A stretch of DNA of 64,000 nucleotides, from NCBI GenBank assembly GCA_965116875.1, contig OZ220733.1, positions 3,776,001 through 3,840,000 on the forward strand, read 5' to 3'. Every line of letters begins with the position of its first letter. Positions within the stretch are counted from its first letter, which is position 1. Origin of the DNA: Candidatus Latescibacterota bacterium. GTDB lineage: Bacteria > Latescibacterota > UBA2968 > GCA-2709665. The position numbers and the translations under genes were made by a program. Shown one piece after another: positions 10,412 through 20,116 of this stretch. The notes under the pieces are model-generated. The model was given only the letters and a program-made list of their open reading frames with translations. It was not told where the DNA came from and searched no databases.

Positions 10412-11812
10412 ATGTTTGGTCGGCTTGTAAAAAAGGAACTATCGCACTATCTCTTCGACTTCCGGTTTATTGTAGTGTTCGCACTTTGTACTCTACTTTC
10501 TGTCTTGAGTGCTTATGTAGGTACCCAGAATTACATTCGGCAGCTTCAACAATACAATGTAGTATCTGAAAAAAGCCGACGGACCATCCAAATTTCGCTT
10601 GAGAAAAACAGGCTCCAAGACTTAGAGTGGACAGGATATCGCTGGAATAAGAGACCCGAATCGCTCAGTCCAGTTGTCTATGGTCTATCTGGGACATTGG
10701 GGCAGGAAGTACGCATCCAATATCGTAGACATCTACAGTTTGAAGCTAGCCTCTTTGCGACCGATCCCATTCATGCGCTTTTGGGTATACTCGATTTGGC
10801 ATTCATTGTGAAAATCGTCCTTAGTCTTTGCATGCTCCTATTAACTTATGATGCAATTTGTGGAGAAAAGGAAACAGGTACTCTAAGGCTCTATGCTTCG
10901 TTTCCGGTGTCTCGATCTAAACTGGCTTTAGCCAAACTTATCGGTTCATCGATTGCTGTTCTAACGCCATTTGTCTTCTCTTTTTTATCAGCCTCTCTTG
11001 TTCTAATCTTGTCCTCGAGACTTAATCTACAAGGACAAGACTGGATTCGAATAGCGATTCTAGCGGTGCTGTCATCGCTCTATTTGGCTGTCTTCGCCGG
11101 ATTTGGGATTTGGGCATCCGCACTGACCCACAAGCGGATAACTTCATTTTTTGGGCTCCTAGGATTGTGGACGGTCTGGATCTTTATTATACCAAATATG
11201 GCAGTAGATATTGCGAATCACTTGATCCCGGTCGAAAGTGTATATGAATTGGAAAGAAAATATAGCGCACTAAGAGAAGAGATTAGAGAGAGTAGGCAAC
11301 GGGAGGTTGATGACTACAGGCGTCTCGCCCCAACAAGAAACCTCGATGCGTTATCGCCGGAAGAACAGCAAAAAGCCCAAATCGGTCTCAGAAGAATTGA
11401 TACCAAGTGGGATATGCTGTTTTACAGAAGGTTGAACAATATTAGATTGGAATGGCAAAATCAAATGAGCAGGCAGCAACAATTGACATTTATGCTCTCG
11501 GCGATTTCCCCCTTCAGCGCTGTCAGTATTGCATCAATGGATGTGGCTCGTACAAGCTTTGTCCAACAGGAAAAACTTGAGGATGCGCTCAATACTTATC
11601 TTATCTATATGGCTCAGTTTATACAAAAAAAGAAATCTCAAGCAGCGAACCAGAGGATCCTAACTGATTTCTCCCTATTCACCTATCAGGATGATGACAG
11701 ATTAGGGGAATGTCTGTACCGGAATACGTTCCACATTGTGAACCTATGGCTTCTATTGATCCTCGGATTTACTGGGGCATATGTCACGATTTTGCGATAT
11801 GACGTAAGATGA
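10412..11812 (+). CDS. ABC-2 type exporter permease (type B copy 1)
   Basis: VKKEL, YDAICGEKETGTLRL motif, ends YDVR. Paralog of 13514-14926. Confidence 0.88.
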   Translation: MFGRLVKKELSHYLFDFRFIVVFALCTLLSVLSAYVGTQNYIRQLQQYNVVSEKSRRTIQISLEKNRLQDLEWTGYRWNKRPESLSPVVYGLSGTLGQEVRIQYRRHLQFEASLFATDPIHALLGILDLAFIVKIVLSLCMLLLTYDAICGEKETGTLRLYASFPVSRSKLALAKLIGSSIAVLTPFVFSFLSASLVLILSSRLNLQGQDWIRIAILAVLSSLYLAVFAGFGIWASALTHKRITSFFGLLGLWTVWIFIIPNMAVDIANHLIPVESVYELERKYSALREEIRESRQREVDDYRRLAPTRNLDALSPEEQQKAQIGLRRIDTKWDMLFYRRLNNIRLEWQNQMSRQQQLTFMLSAISPFSAVSIASMDVARTSFVQQEKLEDALNTYLIYMAQFIQKKKSQAANQRILTDFSLFTYQDDDRLGECLYRNTFHIVNLWLLLILGFTGAYVTILRYDVR

Positions 11813-11963
11813 CCATTCTCTAAAGAGGCTTATCACGTTCGGTTCTATTGAGCTTCACATAAGTCAGTTTATAAGTCGAACCCGATTCCTCGATACGTAC
11901 TTTTGGACGGCTCGGAACATACGGAAGGCCATATCCCCGAGTAACAACCAATTGGAGTGATAT

Positions 11964-13400
11964 ATGCTCGGTTGCGTTATACGGAAAGAGATTCTGGACC
12001 ACATATTGAGCCTTCGGTATCTGATACTTTCAGTGATCGCGGCGCTGGTGGTTTTGCTTAGCCTCTATAGCGGCTACACGTACTATCAATCTAGCCTGGA
12101 GAACTACCGCTTGGCAGAAACGGCGACCGATAATCGCATCCGACAATTGCTGGATTGTGATGATTGGCTGGAGTTAGACGCTATGGGATTTAAGATTCAC
12201 AAGCCGCCAACTCCTATGAGTATCTTTGTTCGTGGATTGGAACCGGCACTCGGGCGAACGGTACTAATTTCCGGTGGCGGAAAACAACTGCCTGCCCGTA
12301 GCCCCGAGTCGGTTGAGCCTTCCCTCGCGGTGTTTCCTCTCCTGGACTTAGGGTTGATTGTCCAGATTGTCCTGAGCCTTTTTATTTTGTTGTTGACCTA
12401 CGATTTGGTGTGTGGAGAAAAGGAAAATGGCACACTGCGATTGATCGCCGCCTTTCCAATTTCGAAAGCGAAACTACTTCTGGGCAAGTTTTTGGGGATC
12501 TATATTCCCACGCTCGTCTCCATTTTTCTACCCTTGCTACTTGGCTTGGCTGCTGTCCTGATGGCCCCCGAAGCAGAGTTCACAGAATTGGAACTAATCC
12601 ATCTGGTGCTCATATTATTGACTATTGGTACCTACCTCTTCACCTTCACAAGCGCCGGAATCTTTGCTTCATGTCTCGCCGGGCGCTCAGCTACGGCATT
12701 TGTCGTCCTTCTCAGCTTCTGGGTCGTCACCGTTGTTGTGCTGCCTCGTTTGAGTCTCATCGTCGCCGACAGCGTCAGTCCAGCACCGTCCTTTTACAAT
12801 CTTATTACAGAAAAGGCAGCTGTTGCAATGGCCGACCTGGAGGCGCGTTACGAACGCCACCGGAACTGGCAGGATGACTATCAGCGGGTCAACGGCGTTG
12901 AGTGGCATAACACTCCCGAGGGTCGGGAGGCATACCAACTATTTTTCGCGCGGACCCGGCGTGAAGCCCGTACGCATACCTTCAAACAGTGGGAACGGCT
13001 GGACGAAGCCTTTCAGAACCGATACAACGCTCGGCTGGACCTGGCAATGTACTTGGCACGACTTTCACCAACATTTGCCTTCAACAACGCAGTAGTCCGG
13101 CTTGCTGGCGTTGGTTGGGAGCCCCAGCACAGGTTCAAGGTGGCAGGCGAGCGGTTTTGGAAGAAATACCGCGCGTGGTTCGCCCGGACGAAGACCCGCG
13201 ACCGACTTAGACTCGCTCATCCAGAAAAATACGGTGAATATCAATGGGACGTCTCGGACATGCCCCGGTTTTTCTTTCAAGAACGATGGCACAGTGAAGA
13301 CGTGCGGTTCGCTCTATTGGACGTTGGCATTTTAGCCATTTGGGGTATCCTGTTCTTCGCCGGTGCATTCTTCACCATCCTGCGTTATGATGTGAGGTAA
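11964..13400 (+). CDS. ABC-2 type exporter permease (type A copy 2)
   Basis: Shares HKPP, SIFVRGLEP, TPEGREA and KYGEY.WD.SD.PR with 8453-9877. Ends YDVR. Confidence 0.88.
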   Translation: MLGCVIRKEILDHILSLRYLILSVIAALVVLLSLYSGYTYYQSSLENYRLAETATDNRIRQLLDCDDWLELDAMGFKIHKPPTPMSIFVRGLEPALGRTVLISGGGKQLPARSPESVEPSLAVFPLLDLGLIVQIVLSLFILLLTYDLVCGEKENGTLRLIAAFPISKAKLLLGKFLGIYIPTLVSIFLPLLLGLAAVLMAPEAEFTELELIHLVLILLTIGTYLFTFTSAGIFASCLAGRSATAFVVLLSFWVVTVVVLPRLSLIVADSVSPAPSFYNLITEKAAVAMADLEARYERHRNWQDDYQRVNGVEWHNTPEGREAYQLFFARTRREARTHTFKQWERLDEAFQNRYNARLDLAMYLARLSPTFAFNNAVVRLAGVGWEPQHRFKVAGERFWKKYRAWFARTKTRDRLRLAHPEKYGEYQWDVSDMPRFFFQERWHSEDVRFALLDVGILAIWGILFFAGAFFTILRYDVR

Positions 13401-13513
13401 GATGTTGGAATGGTAACTGGACCATTCCGCCCATCTTAAGTATTCCAATAACATGGGATTCCGTAGGAGGTCCAGACGCTGTTGAATGACTGTCAAGTTT
13501 TGGGGAGTCTCCT

Positions 13514-14926
13514 ATGTTCGGTCACCTTGTCCAGAAGGAACTTCGTCACTACATGCTCGATTTCCGTTTCGTTGCAATATTCGTCCTTTGCGCGTTGCTG
13601 TCGAGCCTTAGTGTCTATGTGGGTGGCGAGAAACATCGTCAGCAACTTCGGGAATATATGACAGTCTCTCAAAGTAACCAGGACAGGCTTAGGACCACTC
13701 TGGAGAAAGGATACATTTCCAATTTATGGTGGTTTGGTTACAATTGGAACCGAAGACCCGAAATGCTCAGCCCGCTGGTATATGGCCTCTCCGGAAAACT
13801 AGGGCAGGAAGTCAACCTTCACGCCCAAAGGCCCGTCGAGTTTGAGGGTAGTTCTTTTGAGACTGATCCAGTTCATGCTCTCTTTGGTGTTCTCGACTTG
13901 GACTTTATTGTAAAGATTGTCCTTAGTTTGTGTGTTCTGTTACTAACCTACGATTCAATCTGCGGCGAGAAAGAAGCAGGAACATTGAGACTTTACGCCT
14001 CATTCTCCGTATCTCGGTCCAAGCTAGCTATTGCCAAGCTCGTTGGATCAACTCTGGCGATCGTCGTTCCCCTCTTATTTGCCTTCTTGCTGGCCTCGGC
14101 TGTGTTAGCCCTTTCTCCAAGTGTTAGCTTACAAGTCCAGGATTGGATGAGAATAGTCGCCTTGACGGGCGTTTTCGTCCTCTATTTGATGGTATTCATT
14201 GCGTTCGGGCTTTGGATGTCTGCTTCGACCCATCGTCGAATGACGGCCTTTTTGAGCCTTTTGTGTTTGTGGACCGTCTGGATCTTTGTAGTTCCGGATA
14301 TAGCGGTACGCTTTGCCCGTTACCTGTCTCCGGTAGAAAGCATCTACAACATGGAAAAACGGATTGACACAATTCGCTGGGAAATGCGGGAACGTAAAGT
14401 GGAAGAGATACGGGCTTATCAGGAACGCGTACGTGTCGAAAACAGGGATGCTAATACACTTGCGCAGCAGGCAGAGGCTGAAAGTGTTCACCGTGCAGCG
14501 TTCAAGTCGATTCGAAAAAAGTGGAACCTGCAATACTATCGAAGTATGTCGGACCTGCAAGCAGTCAGGCTCCGCCAGATGCAAAAGCAGCGGGATCTTC
14601 TCGCTGTACTTTCGTCCCTCTCTCCACTAGGCGCGATCAGTTTTACTTCCATGGACATTGCCCGCACTGGACCTATTCAGCAAGCGCGGATCTTAGAGGT
14701 GATGAGCCCACACCTGGTCTATCTCGATTCATTTATTCAAGAAAATTGGATACTACCTTCTGAAATGCGTGATCTGACTGACTTTTCCCAATTCACCTAT
14801 CGGGACACAGACACACTTGGGGATTGCATCTCACGGAATGCATTCCATATTCTGAACTTGGTGCTCCTTGTACTGGTGGGTTTTGCGGGCGCGTATATGG
14901 CTCTGGTTAGATACGATGTTAGATAA
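13514..14926 (+). CDS. ABC-2 type exporter permease (type B copy 2)
   Basis: Shares WN.RPE.LSP.VYGLSG.LGQEV and TDP.HAL with 10412-11812. Ends YDVR. Confidence 0.88.
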   Translation: MFGHLVQKELRHYMLDFRFVAIFVLCALLSSLSVYVGGEKHRQQLREYMTVSQSNQDRLRTTLEKGYISNLWWFGYNWNRRPEMLSPLVYGLSGKLGQEVNLHAQRPVEFEGSSFETDPVHALFGVLDLDFIVKIVLSLCVLLLTYDSICGEKEAGTLRLYASFSVSRSKLAIAKLVGSTLAIVVPLLFAFLLASAVLALSPSVSLQVQDWMRIVALTGVFVLYLMVFIAFGLWMSASTHRRMTAFLSLLCLWTVWIFVVPDIAVRFARYLSPVESIYNMEKRIDTIRWEMRERKVEEIRAYQERVRVENRDANTLAQQAEAESVHRAAFKSIRKKWNLQYYRSMSDLQAVRLRQMQKQRDLLAVLSSLSPLGAISFTSMDIARTGPIQQARILEVMSPHLVYLDSFIQENWILPSEMRDLTDFSQFTYRDTDTLGDCISRNAFHILNLVLLVLVGFAGAYMALVRYDVR

Positions 14927-15002
14927 GTGGTTCGAACAGAAACATCGGTAGTTGTTCCCCTGTGCATCAATATAGAGTGAGACAACTCCTCCTCCGAGGC
15001 CA

Positions 15003-16670
15003 ATGTCATATATTGGGCAGAGTGGAGAGGACGGGATGAGGCCAAGAACCGATGTATTAGATTATAGCGGAGAGCAGTCTCCGGTTCTGCAGGTCCCGTG
15101 CGGGATCTCAGGGAAGGCGATGGCTTATCCGAAGGTGCCGGAGGTCTCGGAATGCCGTCGGATCACCTTGCCGTTGCTCGTCTCGATGCTTTCGATCCTA
15201 TTCATTCACCTTCCCGGTTACGGTCAGTATTTTACTGAACGTAACGACGAGACGTATCTGATCCTCGCCCTGAAAAAGCAAAAAGCCCGTTTCGACGCAG
15301 CAAGGGTCGAATACGCAGCGGCATTGGAACTTAAACAAAGAAGCCTGATCGCGCTGAACGAATTTGAACGAATCAAGACAAACTACATAAATGAAGAGAT
15401 CAGCTACCAGCAGGCGATGCTACGCGTGATCTTCGATCAGCCCCATATCCTCATCGAAAAAGCGATCAAATATCAGGCCGAAGACGGCAAAAAGCGCGTG
15501 CGGCTCACCCTTAAAAACACGACGGGCGGCGTGGCCGACTATGAAAAACTGGTGCAGACCGATGACAGCGTATTCGATCCCTCGCTTCAGCCTGACAAGA
15601 TCAATAACGTGTTTATTTCTCTGCACGAAAGCGCGGAAGCCGGCGGCGTCGGCCCAATCATCAGTCAGCCTTACGAAGACAAGATTGAAACCCTTGGGTT
15701 TGGGGATTCAGCGCACGTCGATTTCCTCTTGCTCAAAGACGTCGAGGAAGTGATCGTGAGCATGACGTATGCGGGCGCCACGGACCGAAAACATATCTAC
15801 CTGCAAAAGGATACAAGCGCCAACCGCGTGCTTGTCTCCTCGCCGAACTTCTCCCAGGAGTCCTATCTGGGCGAAAGTGCCACCTACTCGCTGCAACTTG
15901 AGCGCTTCTCCAACGAAAACGACGTATTCCGTCTGGCTGTGGTCAACCTGCCCCGTCAAATCACGTACAACTTCCTCGACCCCACCTCAGTACCGATCCA
16001 ACGACTATCTCAAGTCAACTTCACGCAGGGTGTCACCAGCAAACAACTTGCACTTACAGCCTACCTTCCAGAACGGTCGGACGTACAGGTGGGAATCGAC
16101 AAGACCATCACGTTCTATGCGTTGGTCTTGCCCCAGGAAGTCTGGCAAGACGTGCAGCCCTTGGACAATAAGACCTTCAGCGAAAAGGAAGTTGACGGTC
16201 TCGACGCAGGTAAGGTAAAACTGGAACTCATTCCGCGCGGCGTCGGCCGGATCGAAGTTCGGGCACTGAATCTATACCATGAGATCGAAACGGATGGGGA
16301 TGTCACCATGGAAATCACTGTCCTCAATGATGGCAGCAGGCGGCTGGACAACATTCGCATCCGTACCAATATGCCGCCCAAGTGGCAGTCAGATATCCAC
16401 CCAGATGTTATCTCCGAGTTGATGCCGGCCGAAGAACTCACCGTCAAACTGCAATTCCTGCCGCCCGAAAACGTCGAAGTCGGCGACTATGAGATTCAGA
16501 TCCAGACACAGGCGCTGGCGGACAACCGTCCAGTGCAAACGCAGGACAAAACCGTGCGCATTCACGTCAACGCCCTTACCAACCTCTGGTTGAGCGCGTT
16601 CATCGTTCTTTGCGTAATCGGCGTGCTCGTCGGCATTATATGGTATTCAATCAAACTTACCAGACGTTAG
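15003..16670 (+). CDS. Exported NEW3 (NPCBM_assoc)/Ig-like domain protein with N-terminal coiled-coil hairpin and C-terminal TM anchor
   Basis: Hydrophobic signal-like segment (LPLLVSMLSILFIHLPGYG), helical hairpin, Ig-like C-terminal domain (VLNDG...PPKW...L.P.E..TV...PP...VGDY), then a TM helix and KLTRR. Start probably downstream (15120 or later). Confidence 0.75.
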   Translation: MSYIGQSGEDGMRPRTDVLDYSGEQSPVLQVPCGISGKAMAYPKVPEVSECRRITLPLLVSMLSILFIHLPGYGQYFTERNDETYLILALKKQKARFDAARVEYAAALELKQRSLIALNEFERIKTNYINEEISYQQAMLRVIFDQPHILIEKAIKYQAEDGKKRVRLTLKNTTGGVADYEKLVQTDDSVFDPSLQPDKINNVFISLHESAEAGGVGPIISQPYEDKIETLGFGDSAHVDFLLLKDVEEVIVSMTYAGATDRKHIYLQKDTSANRVLVSSPNFSQESYLGESATYSLQLERFSNENDVFRLAVVNLPRQITYNFLDPTSVPIQRLSQVNFTQGVTSKQLALTAYLPERSDVQVGIDKTITFYALVLPQEVWQDVQPLDNKTFSEKEVDGLDAGKVKLELIPRGVGRIEVRALNLYHEIETDGDVTMEITVLNDGSRRLDNIRIRTNMPPKWQSDIHPDVISELMPAEELTVKLQFLPPENVEVGDYEIQIQTQALADNRPVQTQDKTVRIHVNALTNLWLSAFIVLCVIGVLVGIIWYSIKLTRR

Positions 16671-16779
16671 CGCTAGTCCCCTTGCCTTCTGTCTCGCCGA
16701 ACGGGCGGCAATTCTGCTGATTGGCGGGTTTTATTGCCCTTCCCACTTCGGGGGAGCGGACGGGCGTGTCCAAGATAAA

Positions 16780-17550
16780 ATGGAGGTTTCAATGATCGAA
16801 GCCATCGATCTGACGAAGCGGTACGAAGACGGGATACTCGCATTGGACCACCTTAACCTAAAGGTCGCACCGGGGGAGATATTCTGCTTGCTCGGCGCCA
16901 ACGGCGCGGGCAAATCCACCGCGATTAACCTGATGTTGAACTTTATAGAGCCGACCGAAGGCACGGCCAAAATCAACGACATCGATGTCACCCGCGAACC
17001 GCTGGAAGCCAAGAAGTATGTGGCCTACCTGTCGGAAAACGTCAGTTTGTATAGCAACTTTACTGCCCGGCAGAACCTGGAGTTCTTCGCCGGCTTGGCC
17101 GGGAAACAGACTGACCTTGAAGGCTACTATAAGATCCTGCGGAGAGTGGGTTTGCCGGAAAACTCATTCGAGAAACGGATTAAAGAATTCTCAAAGGGGA
17201 TGCGCCAAAAGGTAGGTATAGCCATTGTCATCATTCGGGACGCGCGCGCAGTCATAATGGACGAGCCTACCTCTGGTCTTGATCCGCAAGCCGGCGCCGA
17301 ATTCTTGCATCTACTGGAAGAACTGAGAGGCGAAGGCAGGGCAGTTTTCATGTCGACCCACGACATCTTTCGGGCTCGCACACTTGCGGACAGGGTAGGC
17401 ATCATGAAATCGGGGCGCTTGATAAGCGAACGCACCCGCGGTGAACTGGAATACGAAGACCTGGAGGAACTCTATCTCGATTACATGTACGGCACAAACA
17501 AGGGAAGGGACCAGATTGAAAAGCCGCTCGTCAGAGAGCAGCCGCAATGA
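16780..17550 (+). CDS. ABC transporter ATP-binding protein
   Basis: GANGAGKST, FSKGMRQK, MDEPTSGLD, STHD. Confidence 0.95.
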   Translation: MEVSMIEAIDLTKRYEDGILALDHLNLKVAPGEIFCLLGANGAGKSTAINLMLNFIEPTEGTAKINDIDVTREPLEAKKYVAYLSENVSLYSNFTARQNLEFFAGLAGKQTDLEGYYKILRRVGLPENSFEKRIKEFSKGMRQKVGIAIVIIRDARAVIMDEPTSGLDPQAGAEFLHLLEELRGEGRAVFMSTHDIFRARTLADRVGIMKSGRLISERTRGELEYEDLEELYLDYMYGTNKGRDQIEKPLVREQPQ

Positions 17551-17752
17551 CAACAGGTCTACTGAACTGCACTTGACCAATCGCATCGCAATTCTATCCC
17601 CTCCAACCAAGGATAGATTCAAGACACCCCACTAAACCCGGGTAACTCCAATATGGACCACTTTGTTCCATTGGAAAGAGTCAATTCCCCGAGTCGGTTA
17701 GAGAGTTCCCATCATGTGCCAATATTATTGTCTGATTTCCATCGAATACTTC

Positions 17753-17781
17753 TTGACAATTTCCATTAAAGTAGATAGTTT
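17753..17781 (+). promoter_or_regulatory. Sigma70-type promoter
   Basis: TTGACA (17753-17758), 17 nt, TAGTTT (17776-17781), in an AT-rich intergenic region. Confidence 0.6.
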
Positions 17782-17900
17782 AGGCATTCTAATGCGGATA
17801 GATTATTCTCTAAATTGACCGCCTTCTGCTCTTCGTGACCGAGCCGACATGAAGTCAGTCGGTTAAGAACTCGAAACGCAAGTCGTTGAGGAATTCACCC

Positions 17901-18008
17901 ATGTGTTCGATTTCTGTTAATTTGACGATAGCAAACTTGGTACTTTATCGTGTACCCATTGCCGCTAAGCACGGCGAAACTCGAAAGGCGCGATGCGGTT
18001 TGGTATAA
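17901..18008 (+). CDS. Candidate 35-aa small ORF/leader peptide MCSISVNLTIANLVLYRVPIAAKHGETRKARCGLV
   Basis: GAGGA RBS 8 nt before the ATG. Lies between the promoter and an intrinsic terminator. Below the ORF-track size cut-off. Confidence 0.35.
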   Translation: MCSISVNLTIANLVLYRVPIAAKHGETRKARCGLV

Positions 18009-18031
18009 ATTCAGAAACAGTACGAATTCCC

Positions 18032-18068
18032 GCCGCCATCGATGCCGATTCGATGGCGGCTTTTATTT
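18032..18068 (+). terminator. Intrinsic terminator in the leader of the second ABC operon (possible attenuator)
   Basis: GCCGCCATCGA-tgccgat-TCGATGGCGGC followed by TTTTATTT. Confidence 0.8.
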
Positions 18069-18217
18069 GTTGTCTGCCACGGGGATTGACGAAACGACAT
18101 TCACCTTGATTCGACACGCTACGTGCTAATCAGAGCGCAACGTAGAGGGAGACGAGCGACGGAACCACGCATCCGTCGCGGGGAAACTCCACAATAACGA
18201 AGTATCTGAGGTCTTGC

Positions 18218-19222
18218 ATGCCAATCATCGTTGTTGACAATCTGACAAAGGAATACCGGAGGATGAAGCGAACGGCTGGCCTGGCGGGTTCCATCCGAAG
18301 CCTGTTTTCGCGCGAGTATGAGACAATACTCGCTGTCAATGATGTCTCTTTCCACGTTGAAGTAGGCGAGGTTGTCGGCTATATCGGCGCAAACGGCGCG
18401 GGTAAGTCTACGACGATTAAAATGCTTGTGGGAATCCTTGTCCCGACGTCCGGCCTTGTCACGGTGCGCGGTCTGGTGCCGCACGAAAACAGAGTTGAGA
18501 ATGCAAAAAAAATGGGGGTTGTTTTTGGGCAGAGAACACAGTTATGGTGGGATATTCCCGTATCCGAGTCATTGAACCTGATGCGTCACATGTTTAAAAT
18601 CCCCGAAAAGCGTTTCAACGAAAACATCGCTCTCTTTGGGAATATCCTCGATCTGAGGGAATTTATCGACACGCCTGTCCGCCAACTCAGTCTCGGACAA
18701 CGAATGAGAGCGGATATCTGTGCGGCATTATTGCACGATCCCGACATTTTATATCTGGATGAGCCTACAATCGGATTGGACGTCGTTGCGAAGGAACGCA
18801 TCAGGGAGTTCATTAAGAGCGTGAATCGTGAAAGAGGCACAACCGTTATCCTGACCACGCATGACATGTCGGATATTGAAAAGCTCTGCTCAAGAGTCAT
18901 GGTGATCGATAAGGGCAGCGTTGTCTACGATGGCCAGTTACAGCAGCTCAAGGAGAAATATGGGACCGAAGAGACGCTGACGATTGAAACCGATGGCGGT
19001 TCAATAGATGATAAGGATCTACGCGAATTGGGCATCCAGGACGTCAACCGCCAGGGTAACAGGTACATATTCCGATATGACAAACGAAAGGTGACTTCCT
19101 CTTCTTTGATTCAATTTGTCCTGGATCACTGTCAAATACGTGATTTTGACGTCCAACAAGCTGAAATCGAGGAAGTGATTCGCCGGTTGTACTTGAGTAT
19201 GGCTGACCGCAGACACGGTTAA
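18218..19222 (+). CDS. ABC exporter ATP-binding protein (COG4586-like)
   Basis: GANGAGKSTTIKML, VVFGQRTQLWWD, LSLGQRMR, LDEPTIGLD, TTHDM. Confidence 0.93.
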   Translation: MPIIVVDNLTKEYRRMKRTAGLAGSIRSLFSREYETILAVNDVSFHVEVGEVVGYIGANGAGKSTTIKMLVGILVPTSGLVTVRGLVPHENRVENAKKMGVVFGQRTQLWWDIPVSESLNLMRHMFKIPEKRFNENIALFGNILDLREFIDTPVRQLSLGQRMRADICAALLHDPDILYLDEPTIGLDVVAKERIREFIKSVNRERGTTVILTTHDMSDIEKLCSRVMVIDKGSVVYDGQLQQLKEKYGTEETLTIETDGGSIDDKDLRELGIQDVNRQGNRYIFRYDKRKVTSSSLIQFVLDHCQIRDFDVQQAEIEEVIRRLYLSMADRRHG

Positions 19223-19310
19223 TCTGCCTGATTGAACAGGGAGCGTACACGAGTCCGCCCCGTCTTATGGATGGGTTCGCATTGACTCAGGCGTCAGAAT
19301 CGATTCCAAA

Positions 19311-20114
19311 ATGCGAGTATACTTCGAGTTTATAAAAAATGGAGCGCAGACCGAACTGGCATACAGAATGAGCGTTTTTCTTCGGATCGCCAGTCAACTG
19401 TTCATTCTTGTCGTGAGAGTCGCAATGTGGAACGCATTGCTGAAGGCAGCAGGTGGTGGGGTTGCCACGGACATGGGGTACGTGAATCTTGAAGATATGA
19501 TGACTTACAATGTGATGAGTTCGGTAGCGACAATATTGATATCGACAACCGTCCTCAATGAAGTCGACGAGAAAATCAAGTCAGGCCAGGTCAGTATTGA
19601 CCTGATCAGACCCTTCAACTTTAAAGGATCCCTGTTTTGCTCGACAATCGGCACAAACTCCGTGAAGGCGTTGATAGAAGCGTTACCTCTCTTTATTGTT
19701 TCATTTCTGCTCTATGACATAAGCGTACCATCGTTGAAATATCTGCTCTTATCCCTGTTTTGTCTTGTCAACGCCCTGGTTTTGCTCTTCATGCTCAATT
19801 ATGTGCTCGGATTACTGGGATTCTGGTATCTCTCGGTGTGGCAGTTCAGGATGATTGTCGGGATGCTAATCATGATTCTGGGCGGGCAACAGATACCGCT
19901 CTGGTTTTTTCCTGACTATCTTGTCGATGTCTCTGCATACCTTCCCTTCAGGCTGGTTTACTTTGCTCCTTTATCGATATTTCTTGAAAAGATATCGTTG
20001 ATAGATTCGCTAAGTTTGATTCTTCAGCAATTTCTGTGGATCGGATTTCTTATCCTCATAGAAAAAACGGTCTGGTCCAGAGGAATTAGAAAGCTCGTTA
20101 TTCAGGGAGGCTAG
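19311..20114 (+). CDS. ABC-2 family permease (ABC2_membrane_6, COG4587-like), copy 1
   Basis: AYR, IKSGQVSIDLIRP, PLWFFP, LPF, C-terminal IQGG. Confidence 0.88.
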   Translation: MRVYFEFIKNGAQTELAYRMSVFLRIASQLFILVVRVAMWNALLKAAGGGVATDMGYVNLEDMMTYNVMSSVATILISTTVLNEVDEKIKSGQVSIDLIRPFNFKGSLFCSTIGTNSVKALIEALPLFIVSFLLYDISVPSLKYLLLSLFCLVNALVLLFMLNYVLGLLGFWYLSVWQFRMIVGMLIMILGGQQIPLWFFPDYLVDVSAYLPFRLVYFAPLSIFLEKISLIDSLSLILQQFLWIGFLILIEKTVWSRGIRKLVIQGG

Positions 20115-20116
20115 AA

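Noticed and set aside
17926-18002. c-di-GMP-I riboswitch-like words (AGCAAAC...GCCGCTAAGC)
   Set aside because: The GNRA loop, GACGCAAAGC and the second hairpin are not convincingly present. An Rfam RF01051 scan would be needed.
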